Of a DNA stretch of 64,000 nt, positions 9,389 through 17,653 are shown in pieces (the first letter of the stretch is position 1; each line of letters opens with the position of its first letter). A model generated the notes under the pieces. That model did no database searches. It saw nothing but the letters and a program-made list of their open reading frames with translations, and was not told where the DNA came from. The stretch comes from a virus, in the IMG/VR virus record IMGVR_UViG_3300006928_000001, positions 43,824 to 107,823 of that record; one strand, given 5' to 3'. Position numbers and translations under genes: made by a program.

Positions 9389-9916
9389 CTACAGAGTGTT
9401 GTTCCTTAGTTCACGCCACATTCTAAGTACATGACGAGCATGCCGTAGAATTTGAACGTTGTCCAAATGAGCAATCCACAATGACCAAGATTTATCGTAC
9501 CTGACCGAGTGCTTGACAATTTCGTCTGGTGTCAAGTTCTTTGTACCAATTTGAGACATGACGTCTCGACCGCACACGTGTGGGTTATTAGCGTATTGTG
9601 CCGTTGCCTTCATGACAGCTGCAACAGTAGCTTCAGACCCTTCCGGTGAAAGAAGTCTTTCTACCGCTTCGGTACGAATCAGAATCTCACGCCTGAAATC
9701 TGCTTCGATCCGTGAAAGTTTGACGATCTGTTCTACATCTGGGAACTTGTCGCAGATATTTTCTGCTGCCTCTTGCCAGACCGCGTCTAGCCAATCTTCA
9801 AACTGACTTGGTGGCATGTCTCCACTGTACCTGTACCAAACCGCACGAAGCAGGTATGAGCAGCAGACTTCTTCTACGTAATTTTCAAGTTGCTTGAGTG
9901 TGGACATCGTTAACAC
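9389..9916 (-). CDS. Hypothetical protein
   Basis: ORF coupled to the upstream gene. Confidence 0.6.
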   Translation of the reverse strand: MLTMSTLKQLENYVEEVCCSYLLRAVWYRYSGDMPPSQFEDWLDAVWQEAAENICDKFPDVEQIVKLSRIEADFRREILIRTEAVERLLSPEGSEATVAAVMKATAQYANNPHVCGRDVMSQIGTKNLTPDEIVKHSVRYDKSWSLWIAHLDNVQILRHARHVLRMWRELRNNTL

Positions 9917-10770
9917 CCCATCCGAATTTCAGCCATTCGCTCTGCGTGATGCGCCGCTTCATCCGCAGCCATTTCATTACGCCAGGTGAGCCATGCGTCG
10001 TACATCGGCTTGTCATCTGGATGAATAGCTGACTCTACCACAGCGATGTCATGGCCACCACCATTACAGCTGTAGCAGCGAACGTCGAAAACACCACTGA
10101 AGTAGTTATCGCGAAAGCCGGGGTCTTCATCGAACTCGCGAGACGAGATACCGCCAGCATCTACACTGGGGTTTACGTGAGTGCCCTTACCACCGCACGT
10201 CTCGCATGGAACACGCTTGACTGGCAGTACCATCTTGCGGAAAGGCCTGTACTCTCTGTCTTCCATGTCAGGGTCAGGCTTCTCTTCGTCTAGACGTACG
10301 AGAACTGAGGACTTTCCGTCGATGCACCACGAATCGTTACACTTTTCCTTACGAAAATTTTCGGGGCTCGTTTCAAACTCGCTTTGATAATTAGCCCACA
10401 TCGGGTCGGTGGGGGTTCCATCTGCACGGAGTGTAACGCCTTGCCACTCTTTATGCCGATACATAACCCTGTGACCTTTACACTTCTGACAAGGCTTGTC
10501 GATTGGTTGACGTTCCATGGAGATTACTGGCCGACCTCCAGCCTCGAAGTCTTCGGGGTCATAACCTGCGTCAGCCAGCAGCTGGTAGTCTGCAGTTGGG
10601 ACCCTGACTACCGCTTCAGTAGGTCCCTTCTCGTTATCGAGGCCGATGTACCAAGCTTCCTTGCCAAGGGCAAGTACCCGGCGGTCATTGTGGTAATTGA
10701 CGTTCTCGAGTGTACTATGCATTTGTAAGCTCCCAATCAGTGATTCTGATATCAGAACTACCACGGACAA
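9910..10770 (-). CDS. DnaJ-type zinc-finger protein
   Basis: CQKCKG, CNDSWCIDG, CETCGGKG and CYSCNGGG motifs; start probably MHSTL near 10722. Confidence 0.65.
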   Translation of the reverse strand: MSVVVLISESLIGSLQMHSTLENVNYHNDRRVLALGKEAWYIGLDNEKGPTEAVVRVPTADYQLLADAGYDPEDFEAGGRPVISMERQPIDKPCQKCKGHRVMYRHKEWQGVTLRADGTPTDPMWANYQSEFETSPENFRKEKCNDSWCIDGKSSVLVRLDEEKPDPDMEDREYRPFRKMVLPVKRVPCETCGGKGTHVNPSVDAGGISSREFDEDPGFRDNYFSGVFDVRCYSCNGGGHDIAVVESAIHPDDKPMYDAWLTWRNEMAADEAAHHAERMAEIRMGC

Positions 10771-10978
10771 TCACACAATCGTACAATCGTCCATTGATAG
10801 TCAGGTTTACGTTGAATTCTTCAATGAGTTTTGAGTCCTCGTCATAGGAACACCCCCAACTATCTTGAAAGAAGAAGTTCACTACTACATGAAGCTCTTC
10901 TTCCTGAATGCCTCTGTTGATGAGATGTTGAAGACGGGACAGGGCTGTGAGGTTATCCATTGATCTTCTCATCAACAT
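10715..10978 (-). CDS. Hypothetical protein
   Basis: Tightly packed ORF run. Confidence 0.5.
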   Translation of the reverse strand: MLMRRSMDNLTALSRLQHLINRGIQEEELHVVVNFFFQDSWGCSYDEDSKLIEEFNVNLTINGRLYDCVIVRGSSDIRITDWELTNA

Positions 10979-11249
10979 CTAGTTTGTCTGTGCGAAAACA
11001 GTTTTCACGAGTATATAGTTCAGGATTTTCAAGCCAATCGAGTACGTCATTTGACCAGTGCATCATCAGGTAAGTCGGATACCAAAGACGAGCATCTATT
11101 TCAGGGTGCTTCTCAAAAGCATCAAGCATGAGTGCTTGTGCTTGATGACCTCTAGTATCGATCTTGGCTTGTTCACAGTACTGCATGAATGTATGTACGA
11201 TCTTCTTTAGCTGTTCTACAGTCATTGTAATCTCACTTCTGCTTTTCAT
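10953..11249 (-). CDS. Hypothetical protein
   Basis: Tightly packed ORF run. Confidence 0.55.
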   Translation of the reverse strand: MKSRSEITMTVEQLKKIVHTFMQYCEQAKIDTRGHQAQALMLDAFEKHPEIDARLWYPTYLMMHWSNDVLDWLENPELYTRENCFRTDKLDVDEKING

Positions 11250-11649
11250 CCTTAATCACGATGCCAGCAGCTCTAGCTGCAGCTTTTGCCATTGTTCGCA
11301 TCGATTGTTCCATTTGAATTACACGGTTCTCCATTTTGTCGATGCCAATCTCTGGAGACCCGTCAAGATTGAAGTTTCTAACGTTGCGTTCTGCTTCAGA
11401 CGCACAAATCCAATGACAAATTTCATGAAGCATGTCATCGGCATTCATCACAGGAAACTCATCTTCTCCACTATTACGCCTATTAGGCTTCTTGATCATC
11501 CATTTACCAAATCCGTCGTAGTAGTAGTCATTACCGCCCCATTCAGACGTGACGTATTTGATGTTTTCTCGTTGGTATGAAGGTTCCCATTCGATAGTGA
11601 AACCCATGGATACCCACAACTCCATGACGATCCAGCGGTACAGATTCAT
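11233..11649 (-). CDS. Hypothetical protein with HExxH motif
   Basis: LHEICHW followed by a distal Glu (MENRV). Confidence 0.55.
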   Translation of the reverse strand: MNLYRWIVMELWVSMGFTIEWEPSYQRENIKYVTSEWGGNDYYYDGFGKWMIKKPNRRNSGEDEFPVMNADDMLHEICHWICASEAERNVRNFNLDGSPEIGIDKMENRVIQMEQSMRTMAKAAARAAGIVIKDEKQK

Positions 11650-12386
11650 TCCGGATACCCCACAGTAATGTAGTCACGCAACTCAGTAAGCATATTAACC
11701 ACAGTCTTATCATCCTCACTGGACTTATACGCCAGCTCAAGAGACTTGACTGCGTCAAGCAGATGAGACCTTGGATTCTCGGGTAGACCATCTTCAGGAA
11801 TACCGGCTACAAATGCAAGTTCTTCGAAGGTTAGGTCAATTCCGTGGCTGCTGAAACTATCGTAGATGAAATCAGCCGGTGACCCTACACAGCAAATCAT
11901 ATCGGCGAGCTGGTACATGATCTCGTTATCTTTGAGACCAGTCCATCGATAGCCGATAGTCATGTCAATTGTATCGCCTCCACAGATACCAAGTGTATCA
12001 GCATGGATTTGAAGTCCAATCTCACAAAGCTCATTTGCCCGTTCTTCAGTGAGTTTAAACGGTCTGCCCTGTGGCAAGTCGTTGAACGCGCGTACCAAAT
12101 CGATGATTGGTACGACACCGTTAATAGACATACGTCCCTCGATCTGAATCGTGTCGTCACCAGACACAATTGTAACATTGGCTACAGACCGAGCGACTAG
12201 AATTGCGGACGGGTTGTTCGGGTCAGCAAAATCTAGTTCTTCAATGGTGATAGCCACAACATTTCCGTACTCAGCTTCCTCAAAGCTAAGCGTCAGACCA
12301 AACTCATCCATGAGGTCTGTAGCAGACATTCCGATGTAACGCGAGTGAAGGTTCATCGCGACAAAAGCATTGAGCAAAGGGTCCAT
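11646..12386 (-). CDS. Hypothetical protein
   Basis: 246-aa ORF with overlapping start/stop codons. Confidence 0.65.
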   Translation of the reverse strand: MDPLLNAFVAMNLHSRYIGMSATDLMDEFGLTLSFEEAEYGNVVAITIEELDFADPNNPSAILVARSVANVTIVSGDDTIQIEGRMSINGVVPIIDLVRAFNDLPQGRPFKLTEERANELCEIGLQIHADTLGICGGDTIDMTIGYRWTGLKDNEIMYQLADMICCVGSPADFIYDSFSSHGIDLTFEELAFVAGIPEDGLPENPRSHLLDAVKSLELAYKSSEDDKTVVNMLTELRDYITVGYPE

Positions 12387-12976
12387 TAGTCAATGTCCTC
12401 TTCAAAAATCACGAAATCGGCTGGGTAACCTGGAAACGATTCGTACACCGTAATTCGCGTACTAGATTGAAACGCGTTGAAATCGTTGCTGTGTAGTAGT
12501 TGGATAACCTCGTCGTTACATGCTGGTGCCTCAATCGCGATGTCTGGTCCATCTTCGAAGTGTGAATCAGCTGGGACTTCGAAGACGTGCTGTGTAGTGA
12601 AGGTGTACTCAACTAGGAGCCTTGCAGGAGGTGCGTTTTTTTCAGGAACTTCAAGTGTGCACTTGTTGGGGTGACCGTCTACCACATTGATGTTGTACGT
12701 AGTTGACATGCGGTTAAACGTAACCTGCCAACAATAATCTGTGAATGGGCTAATGCTTAATGTAAGTTCTGCGGACGTTACCGGCTTGGCTGGATCATTC
12801 GTGAGTAACTGTAGATGCGCGCTTGGGAACAGGTAATTAACAACGGTCTTGAAATCTTCGTCTGTATGTTCAAGACTAACCCACCATTTGTGTAGTTTGG
12901 CTAGATGATCTTTATCATCTTGATTGATTAGGTCATCAAACATTTCGATTAGCTTGAGCTTGTCCATACTACTCAT
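12386..12976 (-). CDS. Hypothetical protein
   Basis: 196-aa ORF, TAATG coupling. Confidence 0.65.
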   Translation of the reverse strand: MSSMDKLKLIEMFDDLINQDDKDHLAKLHKWWVSLEHTDEDFKTVVNYLFPSAHLQLLTNDPAKPVTSAELTLSISPFTDYCWQVTFNRMSTTYNINVVDGHPNKCTLEVPEKNAPPARLLVEYTFTTQHVFEVPADSHFEDGPDIAIEAPACNDEVIQLLHSNDFNAFQSSTRITVYESFPGYPADFVIFEEDID

Positions 12977-13101
12977 TGAGTCACTTCCTTCTGTGAAGTC
13001 AAGAACTTCATGATGGCATCGTACTCAAGCTCTGAGATAACGCCATCATCGTAATTATTCATCGTCAATTCTTCGAGAAGAGTTAAGACGTCAATTTCCA
13101 T
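12973..13101 (-). CDS. 42-aa SHOCT-like peptide (not in ORF track)
   Basis: MEIDVLTLLEELTMNNYDDGVISELEYDAIMKFLTSQKEVTQ; GAAGGTG RBS; ATGA overlap with next gene. Confidence 0.5.
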   Translation of the reverse strand: MEIDVLTLLEELTMNNYDDGVISELEYDAIMKFLTSQKEVTQ

Positions 13102-13333
13102 ACGTCACACCTTCCAAGAGGTTTCCGTCCTCATCATACTCTGCATCATCATTGACTGGTTCATCAAGGCTAGAGGTGAGTCGATGCTCAGCAAACGAAA
13201 TCACGGCCAGTGCTGCTCCATACTCTTCGCTCGTCAAGTACCCGTTTTCTAGGTCAGAACCCAACGCTGACTGAAGTACGAAGATTGCCTCAGCCCATGT
13301 CTTTCTGTTCTTCATGTTGGCCATCCTCAGCAT
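13091..13333 (-). CDS. Small acidic protein, SHOCT-like motif
   Basis: LENGYLTSEEY motif. Confidence 0.55.
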   Translation of the reverse strand: MLRMANMKNRKTWAEAIFVLQSALGSDLENGYLTSEEYGAALAVISFAEHRLTSSLDEPVNDDAEYDEDGNLLEGVTYGN

Positions 13334-13348
13334 GCACCTTATGCATGG

Positions 13349-13380
13349 ACACCCACTTGTCAGAATTGACGAGTGGGTGT
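13349..13380. terminator. Intergenic hairpin
   Basis: ACACCCACTTGTCA-GAAT-TGACGAGTGGGTGT, 14-bp stem with one non-Watson-Crick pair. Confidence 0.5.
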
Positions 13381-13399
13381 TTCGGCCTTTAAGTGAACT

Positions 13400-14017
13400 T
13401 CAGGCAGCTTCGCTCTTAGCCTCAACGATCTTCTTCGCAATCGTCTCAGGCTTCCAGCGGGTAGTGGCCTTGATGCCAAGTGCACCAGCCATTTCTACGA
13501 GGGTCTCATGGTCGTTACCCTCCACCAGGAGAGCAACGGTCAACTCAGGTGCATCCTTGGCCTCTTCCAAGTCTGCCTGGACCTCTTCCTTCTGACGAGT
13601 CTTACGCACCGCGTGCGGAATCGGCGGAAGGTCTTCACGAAGACCCTTCAGTCGACCGTGCCTGGCGTGGCTCATGTAGTGCTTACCATGTCGGTCACTG
13701 ATGTTAGCGTTCGGGAACGCATTCGACAAAGCAGTAGTCAGGTTGCTGTCATTGAACGGGACCCCCTCGCCGATAGTGAGGTTGATAAGCACCGCAGCAA
13801 AGTGACCCTGGGTCGAGATACCCTGCATCCGGAGGTAAGCTTCCGCTCGATCCTCTTCCGTAGAGCCCTTAGTGACAGCAATGTTGGACTTCTCCAGCTC
13901 ACTGTCGATGGTAGAGAGCTCCACAACGGACGTCATGACAGTGGCCGCTGCTCGGACGTCAAAGAAACGGGCGTTCTTGTTGTTGGTGTTAGCGTCAGAC
14001 ATGATGATTCCCCTCAT
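13400..14017 (-). CDS. Hypothetical, possible DNA-binding protein
   Basis: GAGGGG RBS before MSDANT; C-terminal LVEMAGALGIK...ETIAKKI resembles HeH/Rho-N. Confidence 0.6.
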   Translation of the reverse strand: MRGIIMSDANTNNKNARFFDVRAAATVMTSVVELSTIDSELEKSNIAVTKGSTEEDRAEAYLRMQGISTQGHFAAVLINLTIGEGVPFNDSNLTTALSNAFPNANISDRHGKHYMSHARHGRLKGLREDLPPIPHAVRKTRQKEEVQADLEEAKDAPELTVALLVEGNDHETLVEMAGALGIKATTRWKPETIAKKIVEAKSEAA

Positions 14018-14069
14018 CGTGGCCCGGTGGATGATGGAGAAGGAGTGGGCCTTGCCCCTTCCCTAGATT

Positions 14070-14098
14070 AGTATACCTCTCTTTGTGGGAGAAGTACA
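14070..14098 (-). promoter_or_regulatory. sigma70-like promoter
   Basis: TGTACT-17 nt-TATACT with GG directly before the -10. Confidence 0.55.
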
Positions 14099-14122
14099 TA
14101 GGAAAATGCATCTAAGATGCCG

Positions 14123-14443
14123 TTAGTTCCACCTCTCAGGAAGCTTCATGTTCCACAAGGCGTCAAGTCCGATCTCGATCGCTTCCAGATGGTCATCAAG
14201 AGTACGCAAGTCATTAATATTGATCTCAACGCACTGACGTTCGAAGATGATTTCGCCACTGTGTACAGTAATGTCACCAGTTCCACTATCGGGGAAGACG
14301 AGACCGCCACAGGCGCTGTGCGCATAGTGTGCCCAAGAAATTAAGTCATTTTCTTGACGCAAACTACTCCACTTTCCGTCAGCATAACTCTCAATACTAG
14401 GAAAGATGGCGTCGTAGTTGATATCTTCATCATCGGTTGGCAC
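14123..14443 (-). CDS. Hypothetical protein
   Basis: Packed ORF run. Confidence 0.55.
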   Translation of the reverse strand: MPTDDEDINYDAIFPSIESYADGKWSSLRQENDLISWAHYAHSACGGLVFPDSGTGDITVHSGEIIFERQCVEININDLRTLDDHLEAIEIGLDALWNMKLPERWN

Positions 14444-14783
14444 GTTGGTACTCCATAGCTTCTTCGTAAGCCTTAGTCATTTCTTCTTTAGACAGATCCG
14501 TTCTAAGCCAGAGGCCATCGCCAACATACATGTATTTGCTGTAATCGACGCGATCGTTGTTCATACCGAAGATATACCAACCTCGAGGCTTATTATCTTC
14601 AGGATAATCTGTCTTGTCAGATACCAGTTCGGTATCAATTGGAGACATATACTCCAGTCCAGCTTCAACAAACAGTCTACATGCTTCTTTCTGCATGTCA
14701 GTCAAGTTGTCAGCCATGACGTCCCCATCAACTACTTTGCCGACCAGCAAGCCAGCTTCAGCCCATGTGATGTTGGTTTTCAT
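14430..14783 (-). CDS. Hypothetical protein
   Basis: Packed ORF run. Confidence 0.55.
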   Translation of the reverse strand: MKTNITWAEAGLLVGKVVDGDVMADNLTDMQKEACRLFVEAGLEYMSPIDTELVSDKTDYPEDNKPRGWYIFGMNNDRVDYSKYMYVGDGLWLRTDLSKEEMTKAYEEAMEYQRANR

Positions 14784-15073
14784 AGTGATTGACTCACACG
14801 AAATTCAGGGTTAGCCTCGTCTCCAACGTTGTCTTCAGCTGGAATTTCCCATTCCACGGGATAGTGGATTTCATCCAGTGGGGGCTGATAGACGAGAATG
14901 AAGTAGGTACCCCATTTTGGGTCCTTAGACCTATCGAAGAGAACACAAGTCTCACCAAGTGGTGTGGTAGCATAAAAGATTGGGAAATCTTTCGTACCTT
15001 CGTACACCTCCATTGCATGGCGAGCGAAATCGTTGATCTCTCCTCTGGAGGGCTCGAATGTGATGGTGTTCAT
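14780..15073 (-). CDS. Hypothetical protein
   Basis: ATGA overlaps on both sides. Confidence 0.6.
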   Translation of the reverse strand: MNTITFEPSRGEINDFARHAMEVYEGTKDFPIFYATTPLGETCVLFDRSKDPKWGTYFILVYQPPLDEIHYPVEWEIPAEDNVGDEANPEFRVSQSL

Positions 15074-15342
15074 TCCGGCCTCTTAACATTCCAAACGCCA
15101 ATAGCGAATGCGTACATGTCTGGAACATTGATGAGCATCTCGTAGAACCGTTCAACCAGTTCCTTCTCTTCAGGCTCGCAGTGGTCATACAGGCGACCAG
15201 CGTCGTAGCACAGTTCGACGATAGCTTCTTCGTCGTCAGGATCATCCATGAATGGGATACAGTCGGCAGCGATGTATTGCCATGCTTTGTACATGATTCG
15301 ATGCATGGTCCAAGCTTCACCGGGTGTTAGCTCAAGTACCAT
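15070..15342 (-). CDS. Hypothetical protein
   Basis: Coupled ORF. Confidence 0.6.
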   Translation of the reverse strand: MVLELTPGEAWTMHRIMYKAWQYIAADCIPFMDDPDDEEAIVELCYDAGRLYDHCEPEEKELVERFYEMLINVPDMYAFAIGVWNVKRPE

Positions 15343-15710
15343 TACTTCTTCGGCTCCAGCTTGATGACGTTGCCAGACCTGGTGTTGTATGGCTTGTTAG
15401 GGATAAGATGGTCTTCGCTGTAGTTAAACGTCACGAAAGACTCCCAGGGAATCTTGACCCTGTACAGCTTGTCGAAGCTCACAAAAGCGTGAAAGTAGGT
15501 GTCATCGGTCTTAACTTCCATGCCCTGGTGGACGTTGTCGTTAGAGAAGTCGAATCGAAGACCAACAAGAGCACGTCGCTCACGGTGCGCTTTGACAACA
15601 TTCTCCGGAAGTCCAGTTTCCGCGCTACTCAGAAAGGGAGAAACCAGGACAGTACAATCAGCATGTGCTTCGTACGCCCCATCAATCAGCACCTTGAAAA
15701 AGTTCACCAT
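15342..15710 (-). CDS. SspB-like ClpXP adaptor
   Basis: LRFDFS...MEVKTDDTYFHAFVSFDKLYRVKIPWESF matches the SspB core pattern; C-tail GNVIKLEPKK resembles an XB motif; GAGGAGGT RBS. Confidence 0.6.
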   Translation of the reverse strand: MVNFFKVLIDGAYEAHADCTVLVSPFLSSAETGLPENVVKAHRERRALVGLRFDFSNDNVHQGMEVKTDDTYFHAFVSFDKLYRVKIPWESFVTFNYSEDHLIPNKPYNTRSGNVIKLEPKK

Positions 15711-16048
15711 ACCGACACCTCCTCATCATCCAGATAGTCTGGTTCCAAACCGAAGACGCTTTGCATCGCTTCTTCTAGTTGAAACAATCCAGTAGCTCCT
15801 TCAATTTGTTCTTTATACTCAGCGATCATGTCATCAACAACACTGTCATCAACATCATCGCGGTTCTTGATTAATTCACGTAGACTCAATTTCAACCCAC
15901 CTACCAAAGCAGTTATTCTCGTTATGCCTGGACCCAGGCACATTCTTTTCGACGACCTTGCAGTCATCACACCGGCATAGTACGTCAAGGTGGGCAGATT
16001 GATGCCGCCGAATACGAACGGAAGTACCATAAGCACCAATCTGACCAC
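15704..16048 (-). CDS. Hypothetical protein (true start probably internal)
   Basis: C-terminal half EEAMQSVFGLEPDYLDD is typical of small phage proteins. Confidence 0.45.
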   Translation of the reverse strand: MVRLVLMVLPFVFGGINLPTLTYYAGVMTARSSKRMCLGPGITRITALVGGLKLSLRELIKNRDDVDDSVVDDMIAEYKEQIEGATGLFQLEEAMQSVFGLEPDYLDDEEVSVW

Positions 16049-16211
16049 GAATGACGAAGTTTCGCATCGGGAAGTATTCCCGACCGATTAGGTCTGCACA
16101 CTTTGGGCAGTAGAACAGACCCGTGATACTATTCCAGCAACGTGGATCAGCGGAGTTGTGACAGGCTTCACGACCACAACGAAGCCAGGCTTCATCACTT
16201 GGATTGCTCAT
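15876..16211 (-). CDS. Cys-rich zinc-binding protein
   Basis: CGREAC, YCPKC, CRCDDC; ATGA overlap with upstream gene. Confidence 0.5.
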   Translation of the reverse strand: MSNPSDEAWLRCGREACHNSADPRCWNSITGLFYCPKCADLIGREYFPMRNFVIRGQIGAYGTSVRIRRHQSAHLDVLCRCDDCKVVEKNVPGSRHNENNCFGRWVEIEST

Positions 16212-16705
16212 TGTGGGTTCACCTCTATCGGAAAATAAACCGTTTTACGAGCTACACCTTCAGCACGGATTTTGCCACTATTCTTCAGTGTCAACGCGAA
16301 CTTTTGGAACCGCTTGGACTCCAGACCCATGATCTCACGATAAGTCTTGGGTGAGCAACCTGGATGTTCTCTTACGAGCCGAAGTAGTTGCTGTGTACGA
16401 GTCTCTTTCTTCGGTACAGACAGATTTCCGGAAAGCTCAGGCTCAAGAAACGCCAGTAGCACACCAGATTGACTAAAGTCGAGCCTCAGCTGGTACTTCG
16501 GATTGCCTTCGTTCATATCATGGAATCCAGCAGCCAGACCCTTGGAATCTGGGCGTGCCATGACATAGTTAGGTCGTGACGGTTCTGGTTCATACATCAC
16601 TACCGTGACAATTTTGCGGTCAGCTTCCTCAGCAAGTTTCTCGATGACTTGACCGATAAGGAATGACTCATGGTTTTCAGAACCCTTAATGATGAGTTTG
16701 CTCAC
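16208..16705 (-). CDS. C-terminal winged-HTH DNA-binding protein
   Basis: LLRLVREHPG...IMGL...LKNSGKIRAEGVARKTVY. Confidence 0.65.
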   Translation of the reverse strand: MSKLIIKGSENHESFLIGQVIEKLAEEADRKIVTVVMYEPEPSRPNYVMARPDSKGLAAGFHDMNEGNPKYQLRLDFSQSGVLLAFLEPELSGNLSVPKKETRTQQLLRLVREHPGCSPKTYREIMGLESKRFQKFALTLKNSGKIRAEGVARKTVYFPIEVNPQ

Positions 16706-17004
16706 AAGTCCTTCCCAGTCTTAGGATTCCAAAGCCAATCACACTCAGGCTTTACTTCAGCAGACTTCCACTGCTGACGAGTGATGAGCTCACCAGCGTC
16801 GTTGAGCATACACCATTCATTACCATCGAATGATAGGTCAGCGTAATTAACAAACTTTTCGTTGTCAATCCAGGCAAGACAAACGTAAATTCCGCCACTG
16901 TTGTGATGAGCAATTTTCATATCAAAGAGCTCATTCCACTTAACGTCATGCCCGTATTCTTCCCAGTATTCCTTTAGGCCGTTTACATCTTCAACCTTAC
17001 TCAT
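16702..17004 (-). CDS. Hypothetical protein
   Basis: Likely start MSKVEDV with GAGGGT RBS. Confidence 0.55.
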   Translation of the reverse strand: MSKVEDVNGLKEYWEEYGHDVKWNELFDMKIAHHNSGGIYVCLAWIDNEKFVNYADLSFDGNEWCMLNDAGELITRQQWKSAEVKPECDWLWNPKTGKDL

Positions 17005-17252
17005 GCTTCTACCCTCACTGGCTTGATTTTGTCTTTGTCTACAGTGTGTTGAGCGGCGTTCTTTCTGGCGTTGAACAGTGTGGCGTTGCACAAATTGTCT
17101 ACGATACTGTAACGCACAAACTCACGGAGTTCTCCATACTGTCGTTTGGCGGTTCTGCGAACATTCAAGAATCCATCGTCGCGGATGATGACATAAGCTT
17201 TGTCATTCTTCATCTTTGTGCTCCTTAAGAAACTGTTCGAAGCAGTCTCCAC
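17001..17252 (-). CDS. Hypothetical protein
   Basis: AAGGAG RBS before MKNDK. Confidence 0.5.
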   Translation of the reverse strand: METASNSFLRSTKMKNDKAYVIIRDDGFLNVRRTAKRQYGELREFVRYSIVDNLCNATLFNARKNAAQHTVDKDKIKPVRVEA

Positions 17253-17412
17253 ACACTGGTGATGAAAACGGATTGGAGCTCACTTGATGCATATCATCGT
17301 CTGTTGTGACGTTGTCACACTCACAGCGCCAGTAACCAGGCTCAAGGCCTTCCCGCGCATCAAAATAAGCAGATTCTGCAGCGTCTTCCATTGAACTTAG
17401 CCAACACAGCAT
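17203..17412 (-). CDS. Small Zn-ribbon protein
   Basis: WRCEC...VCGDC; AGAGGA RBS before MLCW. Confidence 0.55.
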   Translation of the reverse strand: MLCWLSSMEDAAESAYFDAREGLEPGYWRCECDNVTTDDDMHQVSSNPFSSPVCGDCFEQFLKEHKDEE

Positions 17413-17435
17413 TGTTTTCCTCTTTTTGTTAAAAA

Positions 17436-17623
17436 CGGAGATAATGGGAATCGAACCCACCAGTCTTTCAGTGAGCTGCTCAAGTGACGGAAGCCGTCCG
17501 TTAGGCCTCTACCCCTTACGTCACGAGCACAAAGGTTGCAGGCACACAACCAGTTGGTGGAACACATCTTGACTATCCATGAGCCTACAAAGCTCGGCGG
17601 TCACCAGCTCCGCATGTATCTCC
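17436..17623 (-). ncRNA. 188-nt tRNA-like RNA with a ~120-nt expanded variable region
   Basis: Perfect 7-bp acceptor GGAGATA/TATCTCC plus G discriminator; D-like arm GCGG-AGCTGGTGA-CCGC; anticodon-like arm GAGC-TTTGTAG-GCTC; T arm GTGGG-TTCGATT-CCCAT; lies in an intergenic gap. Confidence 0.6.
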
Positions 17624-17653
17624 TGGATGCCTTAGTCGTCTCGACGCCAGCCA

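Noticed and set aside
17436-17517. Normal-length tRNA using AGGGGTA as the 5' acceptor strand
   Set aside because: Needs an A-C mismatch plus two G-U pairs and gives no proper D or anticodon arms; the distal GGAGATA pairs perfectly
17399-17615. Selenoprotein/UGA-readthrough reading: AGGAGATAC-ATG CGG AGC TGG TGA followed by a hairpin and a Cys-rich open frame
   Set aside because: The hairpin starts only about 5 nt after UGA, the product resembles no selenoprotein family I recognise, and the same bases are better explained by the cloverleaf. It does mean the 5' GGAGATA could be an RBS-like coincidence.
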